A stretch of 64,000 bases of DNA from an uncultured Candidatus Rokubacteria bacterium (GCA_963789955.1 CAWBMV010000022.1:224001-288000), one strand, 5' to 3'. Positions 52,340-60,995 are shown, counted from the stretch's first letter. Numbers and translations are program-made. Notes: a model not told the origin generated them from the letters alone.

Positions 52340-53162
52340 GTGCCCGCTATCGTGCCGGCCCCGCCCTCGCTCGTACGCGAGGCCGGCCAGAACAGCCCGC
52401 GGCCACTCAGGCTGCTGGATCGCGTGCGCGAGGCCAACCGCCTGCGCCACGGCAGTCGGAGCACCGAGAAGTCGTATATCGGATGGATCCGCCGCTTCAT
52501 CCTGTTCCACGGCAAGCGCCACCCCGCCGAGATGGGCGCGCCCGAGGTCGTGCAATTCCTCAGCTCACTTGCTGTCGAGGGGCGAGTGGCCGCGTCGACC
52601 CAGAACCAGGCGCTGAGCGCGCTGCTGTTTCTCTACCGCTACGTCCTGCAACAGGAGCTGCCCTGGCTCGAGGACGTCGTCCGGGCGAGGCGACCGAAGC
52701 ACTTGCCGATCGTGCTGACGCGCGACGAGGTGCGCGCGGTCATCGCCAAGCTGGACGGCACGCCACGCCTCATGGCCGCTCTGCTCTACGGCTCCGGGCT
52801 GCGCCTGCTCGAGTGCGCCCGCCTGAGAGTGCAGGACATCGACTTCGCGATGAATCAGATCGTCGTCCGTGACGGCAAGGGCGCCAAGGATCGCGTCACC
52901 GTGCTGCCAACCGTGGCCAAGGAGCCTCTGCGGCGGCACCTGCTGAAGGTGAAGCGCCAGCACGAGGCCGATCTGGCGTTCGGCGCCGGCTGGGTCGAGC
53001 TGCCGTGGGCCCTGGCGCGCAAATACCCGAACGCCGGCCGGGAGTGGCCGTGGCAGTGGACCTCAGGCCGGGCTCAGCAAACGCGCCACGCCGCACACGT
53101 TCCGACACTCCTTCGCGACCCATTTGCTCGAAGACGGACGCGACATCCGCACCGTCCAGGAG
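52340..53162 (+). pseudogene. intI: integron integrase, inactivated by internal deletion/frameshift near 53060 and 3' truncation after TVQE
   Basis: [73 protein letters not shown]; then in another frame [28 protein letters not shown], lacking LLGH and the catalytic Tyr. Confidence 0.92.
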
Positions 53163-53197
53163 GGGGATATGCAGTTCTGTGGAATTAGAAGTTAGAG
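53163..53197 (+). other. candidate attI site (crossover G/TT at 53191-53192)
   Basis: GTTAGAGGG at 53191 is the reverse complement of CCCTCTAAC in the first attC; no attC-type hairpin upstream. Confidence 0.65.
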
Positions 53198-53221
53198 GGA
53201 CAGCGGCACGGTCACACGGAA

Positions 53222-53239
53222 TGGTAGGATCGACGCATG
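53222..53239 (+). promoter_or_regulatory. extended -10 promoter of the TA cassette (leaderless)
   Basis: TG-G-TAGGAT 6 nt upstream of ATG 53237. Confidence 0.5.
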
Positions 53240-53461
53240 GCCAGATCAGCGCGAGAGCTGTTTGAGGAGGCGATGAGGCTCGATCCGGAGGAACGGGCGA
53301 CGCTGATGCGCCTTCTGATCGATACCTTGGACGCCGAGTCTGAGGCAGGAGCCGAGGACGCGTGGCGGATCGAGGTTGAGCGCCGAATCACGGAGCTAGA
53401 CTCTGGCGCAGTCGAAACGGTTCCCTGGGACGAGCTTAGGGCGCGACTGTACCAGCGCTGA
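53237..53461 (+). CDS. addiction-module antitoxin (cassette 1)
   Basis: LDPEERATLMRLLIDTL..AWRIEVERRITELDSGAVETVPWDEL; abuts the toxin gene. Confidence 0.88.
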   Translation: MARSARELFEEAMRLDPEERATLMRLLIDTLDAESEAGAEDAWRIEVERRITELDSGAVETVPWDELRARLYQR

Positions 53462-53761
53462 ATGGCGCCAGCGGCTGTCAGGTTCCACCCTGCTGCAGCG
53501 CAGGAGGCGGAATCCACGCATGACTGGTATGCCGCGAGAAATCCCTCAGCTGCGCACGGCTTTCGCGAAGAGCTACGACAGGCCGTCGACGCTGTCGCTG
53601 CACATCCTCGGACCTGGCCACGGTATGGCAGTCGCGCTCGAAGGTACGTGTTTCCGAGATACCCCTTTAGTTTGGTGTACATCGTTCGCGACGATGCTAT
53701 CGAAGTCGTCGCTGTGGCTCACGGTCGCCGCCGCCCTGGCTACTGGCGATCGCGACTCTGA
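53462..53761 (+). CDS. type II toxin, RelE/ParE family (cassette 1)
   Basis: VRFHPAAAQE, RRYVFPRYPFSLVY, VVAVAHGRRRPGYW. Confidence 0.9.
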   Translation: MAPAAVRFHPAAAQEAESTHDWYAARNPSAAHGFREELRQAVDAVAAHPRTWPRYGSRARRYVFPRYPFSLVYIVRDDAIEVVAVAHGRRRPGYWRSRL

Positions 53762-53767
53762 AGTGCC

Positions 53768-53828
53768 CTCTAACATCCGAATGCAGCGGGCGGCGCGCAG
53801 CGCCGCCCGCTGATCCGTAGCGTTATAC
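53768..53828 (+). other. attC site 1
   Basis: R'' CTCTAAC, L'' ATGCAGC, L' GCTGAT, R' GTTATAC; palindromic core. Confidence 0.9.
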
Positions 53829-53851
53829 GGAGCGAGAAGGAGGTCACACTC

Positions 53852-54412
53852 ATGTTTGATCTCGACCGGTTTAGAGCCGACTGCTGCGCGTCAGTGAACG
53901 AAGGTCAGCAACTGCCGGCGCTACGTGAAGTCGTAGCTCGGGCGGTCGAGGACCCGAGGGCGGTCCTAAAAGTATTGGGCGAGCCCGTTCGGGCCGAGGT
54001 CCAGACGCTCCATCGCGCCGCTGATCTCACAATCCTGAACGTCATCTGGGGGCCGCGGATGACCGTGATGCCGCACAACCACAACATGTGGGCCGTCATC
54101 GGGATCTACACGGGCCGTGAGGACAATATCCTCTGGCGACGGGTGCCGGACGATCCCGGCGGCCGAATCGAGGCCGCGAGCGCCAAGGCAATCAGCGAAC
54201 GCGACGCCCTGCCCTTGGGCCGCGACATCATCCATTCCGTGACCAACCCGATCGGACGCCTGACCGGCGCGATTCACGTGTACGGTGGCGACTTCTTCGG
54301 GGTGCCACGCAGTGAGTGGGATCCGGAGTGGCTTGTCGAACTGCCGTATGACGTGCAAAAGAACCTGCAGTTGTTCGAGGAGAGCAACCGTCTGTACGCG
54401 GCGCGGTCGTGA
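53852..54412 (+). CDS. cupin/cysteine dioxygenase-like protein (cassette 2)
   Basis: PHNHNMWAVIGIYTGRE, IIHSVTNP, AIHVYGGD. Confidence 0.8.
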   Translation: MFDLDRFRADCCASVNEGQQLPALREVVARAVEDPRAVLKVLGEPVRAEVQTLHRAADLTILNVIWGPRMTVMPHNHNMWAVIGIYTGREDNILWRRVPDDPGGRIEAASAKAISERDALPLGRDIIHSVTNPIGRLTGAIHVYGGDFFGVPRSEWDPEWLVELPYDVQKNLQLFEESNRLYAARS

Positions 54413-54459
54413 CCGGAGCCCGGCAAGCAACCCATGGACGCGGCTGGTATGCCTTGCCC

Positions 54460-54516
54460 GCATAACTTCGCAGTAGAGCGGACGCGCTTCGAGCGCCGCT
54501 CACCGCGGCGTTAGCC
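54460..54516 (+). other. attC site 2
   Basis: GCATAAC..GTAGAGCGG..CCGCTCAC..GTTAGCC. Confidence 0.88.
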
Positions 54517-54527
54517 AGACGAGTGGC

Positions 54528-55025
54528 ATGGGCGGCCAAGACATCATTCGCACTGTGGAGGCCGCATTCGAGCGCGGCGATCTCCCGCCGGCAGCTGATC
54601 TGACTAACGACCACTGCAACGAGTGCATCGAGACGTATCGCGAGTTCTGGAGCGAGCCACACACCTTCGTGACCTGGCAGGAAGCTGCACGCCGCCAGGG
54701 ATCTTGTGTCGAGGCGGCTTTGCTTGCCGTCGGGGCGTGGCGATACTACTTGCCGACCCTGATCGTCTGGTGCGTACGCGATACCGACAAGGTGGACGCT
54801 CTTGTCGACAACCTCGTCCACGAGTTGACGCCACCGGCTCCTTCGGACAGGGAGTGGTTCGGACCACGCTCGGTTGGCTTTAGCGCCGACCAGCGGAAGG
54901 CAATTACCCATTTTCTCGAGTGGTATCAGGAGAAGGAGAAGGCTGAGTGGGCATCTATCGGCAGAGAGTCGCCTGACGATGCAGCTGATGCCATCCGCTA
55001 CTGGAGCGTGAGCGGAGCTGGCTAA
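54528..55025 (+). CDS. hypothetical protein with HCxEC motif (cassette 3; possibly DUF6714-like)
   Basis: ORF fills the cassette and its stop lies in R''; AAF..P..HCNEC..YYLPTL. Confidence 0.8.
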   Translation: MGGQDIIRTVEAAFERGDLPPAADLTNDHCNECIETYREFWSEPHTFVTWQEAARRQGSCVEAALLAVGAWRYYLPTLIVWCVRDTDKVDALVDNLVHELTPPAPSDREWFGPRSVGFSADQRKAITHFLEWYQEKEKAEWASIGRESPDDAADAIRYWSVSGAG

Positions 55026-55082
55026 CACCGCGTTGCAGCGGGACGGGGCTGCGCCCCGCCGCTGAACGCGATAACGTTATGC
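55020..55082 (+). other. attC site 3
   Basis: GGCTAAC..TTGCAGCGG..CCGCTGAA..GTTATGC; CTGGCTAAC complements the cassette start GTTAGCCAG. Confidence 0.9.
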
Positions 55083-55109
55083 CTCTTCGCTTTTCGCAAT
55101 GTAAGTTTT

Positions 55110-55616
55110 GTGAGGATCAGGACTCTCGAACCCTCAGATGTGGAGTTGTTCTACTCCTTCAGGCTACGCGGCCTGCGGGAAAACCCGGAGGCGTTCGGCT
55201 CGACCTTCGCCGAGGAGTCCGTCATGCCGGCGGAGGTAAGGCGGGGCCGCTTCCACTGCACGGATGAGAATTTCGTTCTTGGCGCATTCGGAGAAGACGG
55301 TCGGTTAATCGGCGTCGCCGGTTTCTACAGGGAGACGCACCTGAAACTCCGTCACAAGGGGTTCGTCTGGGGCATGTATGTTGCCCCCGAGTTGCGCGGC
55401 AGAGGCGTGGGTAGAGCTTTGCTTACCGCCCTCATCGAGCGCGTCAAACCCCTTCCGGGGTTGGAGCAACTCGGCCTGGACGTGGTGACCGTCAATCAGA
55501 CGGCCCGCGGTCTCTACCTCTCACAAGGGTTTCAGATATATGCGCTGGAACGGGAGGCGATGAAGCAGGACGGTGAGTATTACGATGTCGAGCACATGGT
55601 GCTACGACTTGAGTAA
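55110..55616 (+). CDS. GNAT N-acetyltransferase (cassette 4)
   Basis: ENPEAFGS, WGMYVAPELRGRGVGRAL, ARGLYLSQGF. Confidence 0.9.
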   Translation: MRIRTLEPSDVELFYSFRLRGLRENPEAFGSTFAEESVMPAEVRRGRFHCTDENFVLGAFGEDGRLIGVAGFYRETHLKLRHKGFVWGMYVAPELRGRGVGRALLTALIERVKPLPGLEQLGLDVVTVNQTARGLYLSQGFQIYALEREAMKQDGEYYDVEHMVLRLE

Positions 55617-55646
55617 GGTAAGCATGCTGCGCAACACAGCGGCGAG

Positions 55647-55735
55647 GCATAACAACGGCATGCACCCGACCCGCGACACGCCGGCTCTCATGTAAATCAA
55701 TCTTGTGGGCGGGCGGGTGATGCCGGGCGTTAGGC
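55647..55735 (+). other. attC site 4 (long variable loop)
   Basis: GCATAAC..CGGCATGCACCCG..CGGGTGATGCCG..GTTAGGC; GAGGCATAAC complements GTTATGCCTC. Confidence 0.9.
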
Positions 55736-55747
55736 CGGCGAGGGACC

Positions 55748-56551
55748 ATGAGAGATCAGGTTCCCACATATGATCGTGAGCTGCTGTTGGCCGGCACCAA
55801 GCGCAACACGGTCCTGGCGTTGTGGGAAGTGCAACGCTACGGCAGCGACAGCTATGGCGATCGTAACTACGTCTCCATCTATGGGATGGCGCCGGCCGAT
55901 TGGTATGCGAAGGGCGCCCGGGTGCTGGGACGAACAGCGGTCGAATGCACACGCGATGAATTGGGAGATGCGATCGGCAAGGATGTTGCCGTACGTGCCA
56001 CGAAGGGCCCGCCGACGCCCCGAACGCTGGTCCTCGATCCCTTTGCCGGCTCCGGCAACACGCTGTACTGGTTGCTGCGTCACCTGCCGGGTGCGCGCGG
56101 CATAGGGTTCGAGGCAGATGAGCGGGTGTTCCGGCTTACCCAACAGAACATGGCAGCCTTGGCGTTGCCGATCGACATCCTCAACGCTGACTACCGGTCA
56201 GGGCTGGCCGGCCTGTCGGTGGCCCGGGATGATCTGCTCATCGCATTCATCGCTCCGCCATGGGGGGATGCGCTCGGCAAGACTTCCGGCCTAGACTTGC
56301 GGCGTACCACGCCGCCGATCGGCGCGATCGTGGATGTGCTGTTCCATGAGTTCTCGGAGAACTATCTACTCTGCGCGATCCAGGTCTACGAGACCGTGCT
56401 TCCAGCCTCTATGATCGAGTTACGAGCCCGCTTCGACTGGTCGATGCAGCGCGTCTACGAACTGAACGCGCCGGGGTGGAACCATGGACTGCTTCTGGGT
56501 ACCAAGCGCTGGGTGCCGTCGGCCATGCCATGCGTTCGTCAAGCGCCATAG
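55748..56551 (+). CDS. class I SAM-dependent methyltransferase with APPWG motif (cassette 5)
   Basis: Motif I VLDPFAGSGNT, motif II GFEAD, motif IV-like FIAPPWG. Confidence 0.75.
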   Translation: MRDQVPTYDRELLLAGTKRNTVLALWEVQRYGSDSYGDRNYVSIYGMAPADWYAKGARVLGRTAVECTRDELGDAIGKDVAVRATKGPPTPRTLVLDPFAGSGNTLYWLLRHLPGARGIGFEADERVFRLTQQNMAALALPIDILNADYRSGLAGLSVARDDLLIAFIAPPWGDALGKTSGLDLRRTTPPIGAIVDVLFHEFSENYLLCAIQVYETVLPASMIELRARFDWSMQRVYELNAPGWNHGLLLGTKRWVPSAMPCVRQAP

Positions 56552-56563
56552 ATGAAGTGGGCG

Positions 56564-56621
56564 GCCTAACTTCGGCATGCAGCCGACGGCCTTCGGCTGC
56601 GGCTGATACCGAGCGTTATGC
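56564..56621 (+). other. attC site 5
   Basis: GCCTAAC..ATGCAGCCG..CGGCTGAT..GTTATGC. Confidence 0.9.
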
Positions 56622-56646
56622 GGCCTAGAAACGAGCAGATTGGATC

Positions 56647-57462
56647 GTGACAGCAAGAAAGATCGCGCTGGTCACGGGGGCGTCGTCCGGCTTCGGGCGG
56701 GTCATCGCACGACGACTTCATCACCGCGAATACCGGGTGTTTGGCACGAGCCGGAGCAAAGATGCCGTTACTGACCCCGGCGTTGAGATGCTCACGCTGG
56801 ATGTTCGATCGCAGGACTCAGTGCAGGTATGCGTGAGGACGGTCCTCGATTCTGAGGGGAGAATCGACGTACTGGTGAACAACGCTGGCACCACACACCT
56901 GAGCCTTGCCGAAGAGACCGACGTCGACGAAGCGCGAGCGGTGTTCGAGACCAATTTCTTCGGAATCGTGCGGATGACGAACGCTGTGCTGCCCGTCATG
57001 AGAGCGCGGAAGAGTGGGCGCATTATTAACGTCTGCTCGCTCGCAGGGCTTGTCGCCATACCGGGACAGGCTTTCTATACGGCGAGCAAGTTTGCACTGG
57101 AGGGCTACAGCGAGGCTCTCTGCTACGAGGTTGAGCCGTTCGGTGTCCATGTCTCACTTATCGAGCCGGGGTTCTACAGGACGCGTCTGCACGAAAGCAT
57201 GGGCTTGGAAGCGCGCAGGTTCGGGGATTACGACTGCCTTCGAGAGGCGCTGAACTCCTCGATCGAGCGTAGTTTTGTTGAGGGCGGCGACCCGGCAGAA
57301 GTAGCAGAACTGGTCGTGCGCGTTGCGGGAGCCAAGGCGCCTCGTCTGCGCTACCGAGTGGGAAGCGATGCCCGTTGGGTGCCGGTCTTGAAAGGGCTTT
57401 TGCCGCAGAAAACGTTTGCCATGGGAATGAGGAAACGATTCAACTTGCGGAAGACCACATAA
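56647..57462 (+). CDS. short-chain dehydrogenase/reductase (cassette 6)
   Basis: VTGASSGFG, LVNNAG, YTASK, IEPG. Confidence 0.9.
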   Translation: MTARKIALVTGASSGFGRVIARRLHHREYRVFGTSRSKDAVTDPGVEMLTLDVRSQDSVQVCVRTVLDSEGRIDVLVNNAGTTHLSLAEETDVDEARAVFETNFFGIVRMTNAVLPVMRARKSGRIINVCSLAGLVAIPGQAFYTASKFALEGYSEALCYEVEPFGVHVSLIEPGFYRTRLHESMGLEARRFGDYDCLREALNSSIERSFVEGGDPAEVAELVVRVAGAKAPRLRYRVGSDARWVPVLKGLLPQKTFAMGMRKRFNLRKTT

Positions 57463-57515
57463 CAACGGCATGCAGCGGACGGCGCGACGCGCGCCGCTGA
57501 TCGCGAGCGTTAGGC
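57457..57515 (+). other. attC site 6
   Basis: ACATAAC..ATGCAGCGG..CCGCTGAT..GTTAGGC. Confidence 0.9.
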
Positions 57516-57520
57516 CGCAT

Positions 57521-57988
57521 ATGCCGACCGACAGTGAAGTGCTCGCCGCCATCAACGCCGCCTTTGGCGGTGTGCCGAAGCCAGATCACTTCACGAACTA
57601 CACGCATTGCGAGGAGTGTGCCGAACACGACGAAACGCTGCGCACGCACGATCGCGACACCCTGCTTGTCAGCCATGTTGGCAATCCCGGTTGGGATCCC
57701 TTGTGTTTCACGTCGCCTCATGGCAAGGCGTACTACATGCCCACCTTGGCAAAGTTCGCGCTGGATCCGCCAAGTTCCCAACACGGCTGGTATGGCGACC
57801 AGTTGCTCTTTCATCTGTACGCCGATGGGGCGGAGAACGAGTTCATTCAGTACTGCAACGCGGAGCAACGCCGAGCCGTAGCGGCACTGCTTGCTCACTT
57901 CGTCGAAACCAGAGCCTCAGACGTCGAAGCTCTCACCCGAGAGGATGAACTCTTGCGTGCATATGAGTTCTGGTCCAATGCGGCCTAA
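57521..57988 (+). CDS. hypothetical protein with HCxEC motif (cassette 7)
   Basis: MPTDSEV..AAFGGVPKP..HCEECAEH..YYMPTL; stop lies in R''. Confidence 0.8.
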   Translation: MPTDSEVLAAINAAFGGVPKPDHFTNYTHCEECAEHDETLRTHDRDTLLVSHVGNPGWDPLCFTSPHGKAYYMPTLAKFALDPPSSQHGWYGDQLLFHLYADGAENEFIQYCNAEQRRAVAALLAHFVETRASDVEALTREDELLRAYEFWSNAA

Positions 57989-58037
57989 CCCTTCGCTCCA
58001 GCCGGCCTGCGACGGCGGCTGAGCTCAAACGTTAGGC
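57983..58037 (+). other. attC site 7
   Basis: GCCTAAC..CTCCAGCCG..CGGCTGAG..GTTAGGC; ATGCGGCCTAAC is the exact complement of the cassette start GTTAGGCCGCAT. Confidence 0.9.
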
Positions 58038-58147
58038 GTGGGGAGGCGCGGTGATGTGGTCCAGCTGTCGTGGATCAGATCACTGCAATCGAGCCCTTCC
58101 GGGTCGAGATATCGCAAGCCGCACTCGATGCCGAGAGGAGACAAGCC

Positions 58148-58510
58148 ATGTCCTACAGCATATCGACCTTGCTGATCCGCAATCTTCACGACGTCTTCGG
58201 TGAAAACGACCCCGCGCGTCGGCGCGCGGCCATCGACGAGATCTTCACCGAAGATTGCGTGTTCTACGAGCCCAGGGGCGTCCACCGTGGCCGCGACGAG
58301 ATCGATCGCGTCGCGGGCGCGATCAAGGCTACTCACCCTGACTTTCGATATCAGCCAATTGCCGGGCCCGAGGAATTGGGCAATGGCGGGCGGATCCAAT
58401 GGGTATCGGGCCGCCCTGGTGAGGCGCCAGCTTACGCCGGGACTGATTTCATCATTGCCCGGGACGGCCGGATTGCCGCCGTTTATCTCTTTTTCGACAA
58501 GCTACCCTGA
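58148..58510 (+). CDS. SnoaL-like/NTF2 family protein
   Basis: VFGENDPARRRAAIDEIFTEDCVFYEP..GTDFIIARDGRIAAVYLF; GAGAGGAG RBS. Confidence 0.85.
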   Translation: MSYSISTLLIRNLHDVFGENDPARRRAAIDEIFTEDCVFYEPRGVHRGRDEIDRVAGAIKATHPDFRYQPIAGPEELGNGGRIQWVSGRPGEAPAYAGTDFIIARDGRIAAVYLFFDKLP

Positions 58511-58527
58511 GCTGCCGCGATGCCGAA

Positions 58528-58955
58528 GTGCATGACCCGGCGGCTGAAGTGACCGAGCGGACGGTGCTAGAGACGATGATCCGCGCATACGCGGCCTCTT
58601 GGGCTGCTCGCGACCGAGAGGCATGGCTCCGAACGTTCGCGACCGACGCTATTCAGAGGATCCCGTCGGCGTTCCTGTACGCCGAGGGCACCGCGAGATC
58701 GGCGAGTTCTGGGATCGAGAGATGGCCCGGTACCAGTCGATCGAGATCGTCCCGCGTGAGATCTTCGTGAGCGATCATGAGGCAGCGATGGTGTGGACCA
58801 TCAATGGCGTGACCGATGGAGGCCCTGTCTCGTTCGACGGCGTTGACGTGTTCCAATTCGACGATGCAGGCCTTATCAGCAGCGTCCGCGCGTTCTGGGA
58901 GCGCGCCTCGCTTCACCGTCAGCAGCCGGCTTCGCCGCCCGTTACCGGCGGGTGA
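58528..58955 (+). CDS. NTF2/SnoaL-like (ketosteroid isomerase-like) protein; frameshift near 58655
   Basis: YAASWAARDREAWLRTFA then EDPVG..GHREIGEFW..GVDVFQFDDAGLISSVRAFW. Confidence 0.78.
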
Positions 58956-58985
58956 TCGCCGTCGTTCGGCGAAAGGAATCGTCAT

Positions 58986-59900
58986 ATGACCGATAACGGA
59001 CCGATCCTCGTCACCGGGGCAGCCGGTCAACTCGGGGCGGTGGGGCGAACGGTGTGCGGCCTGCTCCTCGAGCGCGGGCTCCCGGTTCGCGCCATGGTGC
59101 GCCGCGAAGACGACCGGGCGGCAGCTTTACGGGCCGTCGGGGCGGAGGTGGTGGTCGGAGACCTACTCGAACCGGCCGACGTCTATCGGGTCGTCAGCGG
59201 CTGTCGGCGAGTCTACTTCGGCATGTCCGTGTCTGCCGGGTACCTGGAAGCGACGGTCACCATGGCGGTGGTCGCCCGGGAAGTCGGGGTGGACGCCGTG
59301 GTCAACATGTCGCAGATGACCGTCTCCCAGATGAGCATTCAGAACACCACCTCGAGCGGTCAGCAGCGGCAGCACTGGCTCAGTGAGCAGGCGCTCGCGT
59401 GGTCCGGCCTGCCGGTCGTCACCATCCGACCGACGATGTTCCTGGAGAGCTTTTTCCCTCTGGCCGCTCCGACCGTGCGCGCCCGAGGCCGCATCGAGGT
59501 GCCGTTCGGACGGGGCAAGACCTCTCCGGTTGCGGCGGCTGATGTCGCCCGGGTGGTCGCTGCCGTTCTCGCCGACCCCGGGCCGCATCTGGGCCGGATA
59601 TACGAACTCACCGGTCCGCGGTCACAAGACATGCACGGGGTCGCCCGGGAGTTCTCGGACGCGCTCAACCGTGAGGTCACGTACTCCGACATCCCCGCCG
59701 AGGATTGGGAACGCGGGCTCAAGAAGGTGGGGTTGCCGGAACACCTCACCCGGCATCTCGTGGCGATGGGCGAGTTGCACCGGGCGGGTCGGTATGACCG
59801 GCTGGCGGACGGCGTGGAGCGGGTGACCGGCCGGCCGGCGATCAGCGTCCGCGAATTTGTGTCGCTTCACGCGGATGAGTTCGGCGGTCGTCGATCGTAA
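58986..59900 (+). CDS. NmrA-like NAD(P)-binding protein
   Basis: ILVTGAAGQLG, VRAMVRR, IRPTMF, YELTGP. Confidence 0.88.
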   Translation: MTDNGPILVTGAAGQLGAVGRTVCGLLLERGLPVRAMVRREDDRAAALRAVGAEVVVGDLLEPADVYRVVSGCRRVYFGMSVSAGYLEATVTMAVVAREVGVDAVVNMSQMTVSQMSIQNTTSSGQQRQHWLSEQALAWSGLPVVTIRPTMFLESFFPLAAPTVRARGRIEVPFGRGKTSPVAAADVARVVAAVLADPGPHLGRIYELTGPRSQDMHGVAREFSDALNREVTYSDIPAEDWERGLKKVGLPEHLTRHLVAMGELHRAGRYDRLADGVERVTGRPAISVREFVSLHADEFGGRRS

Positions 59901-59910
59901 GGTCCGCCAT

Positions 59911-59986
59911 GCCGAACAACACGCTGCAGCCGACCGGGGCCGACCTTAACGGCTTTCAAGGGTAGTCGTCTCAGCAAGCGGCGCCG
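59911..59986 (+). other. attC site 8, left half only
   Basis: GCCGAAC..CTGCAGCCGACCGGGGCCG..loop..CGGCGCCG; the expected L'/R' boxes are missing. Confidence 0.7.
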
Positions 59987-60411
59987 ATTCCGTCCGTGAT
60001 CATGCTCTCTGGCTAGCATGCGCGCGGGCGATCACCGAAGCCGTCGCGGCGGACAATGTCGAGGTGTATGGAGAGGCCCCAAGCGGAGTCGTGAACCGGC
60101 TCCTGCGCAAGCGCGTTGGAATTCCACTTGGTACGCTCGCGGCGTATGCGGCCCAACTGTCGAGCCATGTCGACCCACCCGATTGGGCATTCATCCGGTG
60201 GAAGCGCGATGGCATCCTAGTCGCCGCGGCCATGAGCGAACCGTGGGACCAAGTAGGTGGCCCAGATCTGTATCACGACTCATACACCACGTGTGTATTC
60301 GTGCCACCCTCGGTCTCGCGCGAGTTGGTGGAGCACATTCGTCACAGCGTCGTGCGGGAGGGCGGTCACGTTGAGTCGGTGGTCGACCTTGGGAGCCGCG
60401 GATCGCTGTAA
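59986..60411 (+). pseudogene. 5'-truncated hypothetical cassette gene (cassette 9)
   Basis: Frame stays open upstream of 60064 back into the broken attC with no cassette start or RBS; stop lies in R'' of attC9. Confidence 0.6.
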
Positions 60412-60465
60412 CAACAGGCTGGAGCGGGCCGGCTTGGAACCGGCCGCTCAGCCTGGACGTTAGGC
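60406..60465 (+). other. attC site 9
   Basis: CTGTAAC..CAGGCTGGAGCGG..CCGCTCAGCCTG..GTTAGGC. Confidence 0.85.
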
Positions 60466-60482
60466 GCCTTGGAGAGAATCGT

Positions 60483-60855
60483 GTGAACAGGTTGATCGGG
60501 CTTGTGCTGCTCATGCTGGCCGCAGCGCCCGCGCATGCGGCCGAGTTGTCGTCGTCAGCCGAAAGCAGAAATAGATGCGCTTCTGGACAGGCTCGGAACG
60601 TCGAACTGTCAGTTTTATCGCAATGGAAGCTGGCATAGCGGCTCGGAGGCCAGGGACCACTTACAAATGAAGCTCGAGTACTTGGTCAAGAGGGGTCTCA
60701 TCACCGACTCAGAAGAGTTCATAAAAGAAGCGGGCACGAAGAGCAGCATCAGTGGGCAGCCATACAAAGTGCGGTGCCCAAACCAAGCGGAACAGCCCAG
60801 TGCCGTGTGGCTTGGTAGCGAGCTGCGCAAAATCCGGCAGAAGGACAGTAAATGA
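60483..60855 (+). CDS. secreted YfeK/DUF5329-like protein; frameshift near 60560
   Basis: Signal peptide MNRLIGLVLLMLAAAPAHA then EIDALL..CQFYRNG..ARDHLQMK..FIKEAGTKSSISGQPY. Confidence 0.75.
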
Positions 60856-60937
60856 GATCGGGGCACTCGCGCTTCGCGGGAGCGCCTCTGAACCTGGGCG
60901 CCAGGCGGAGCGGATGAAATATGGCATCCAGTTACTC

Positions 60938-60995
60938 GGTGAACAGCCGGGCGACGCGGACCGGCTGACGCCGGCCGCTCAGCCGCACGCTAGGC
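60938..60995 (+). other. degenerate attC site 10
   Basis: GGTGAAC..CCGGC..GCCGGCCGCTCAGCC..GCTAGGC (GTT to GCT); right arm resembles attC9. Confidence 0.6.
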
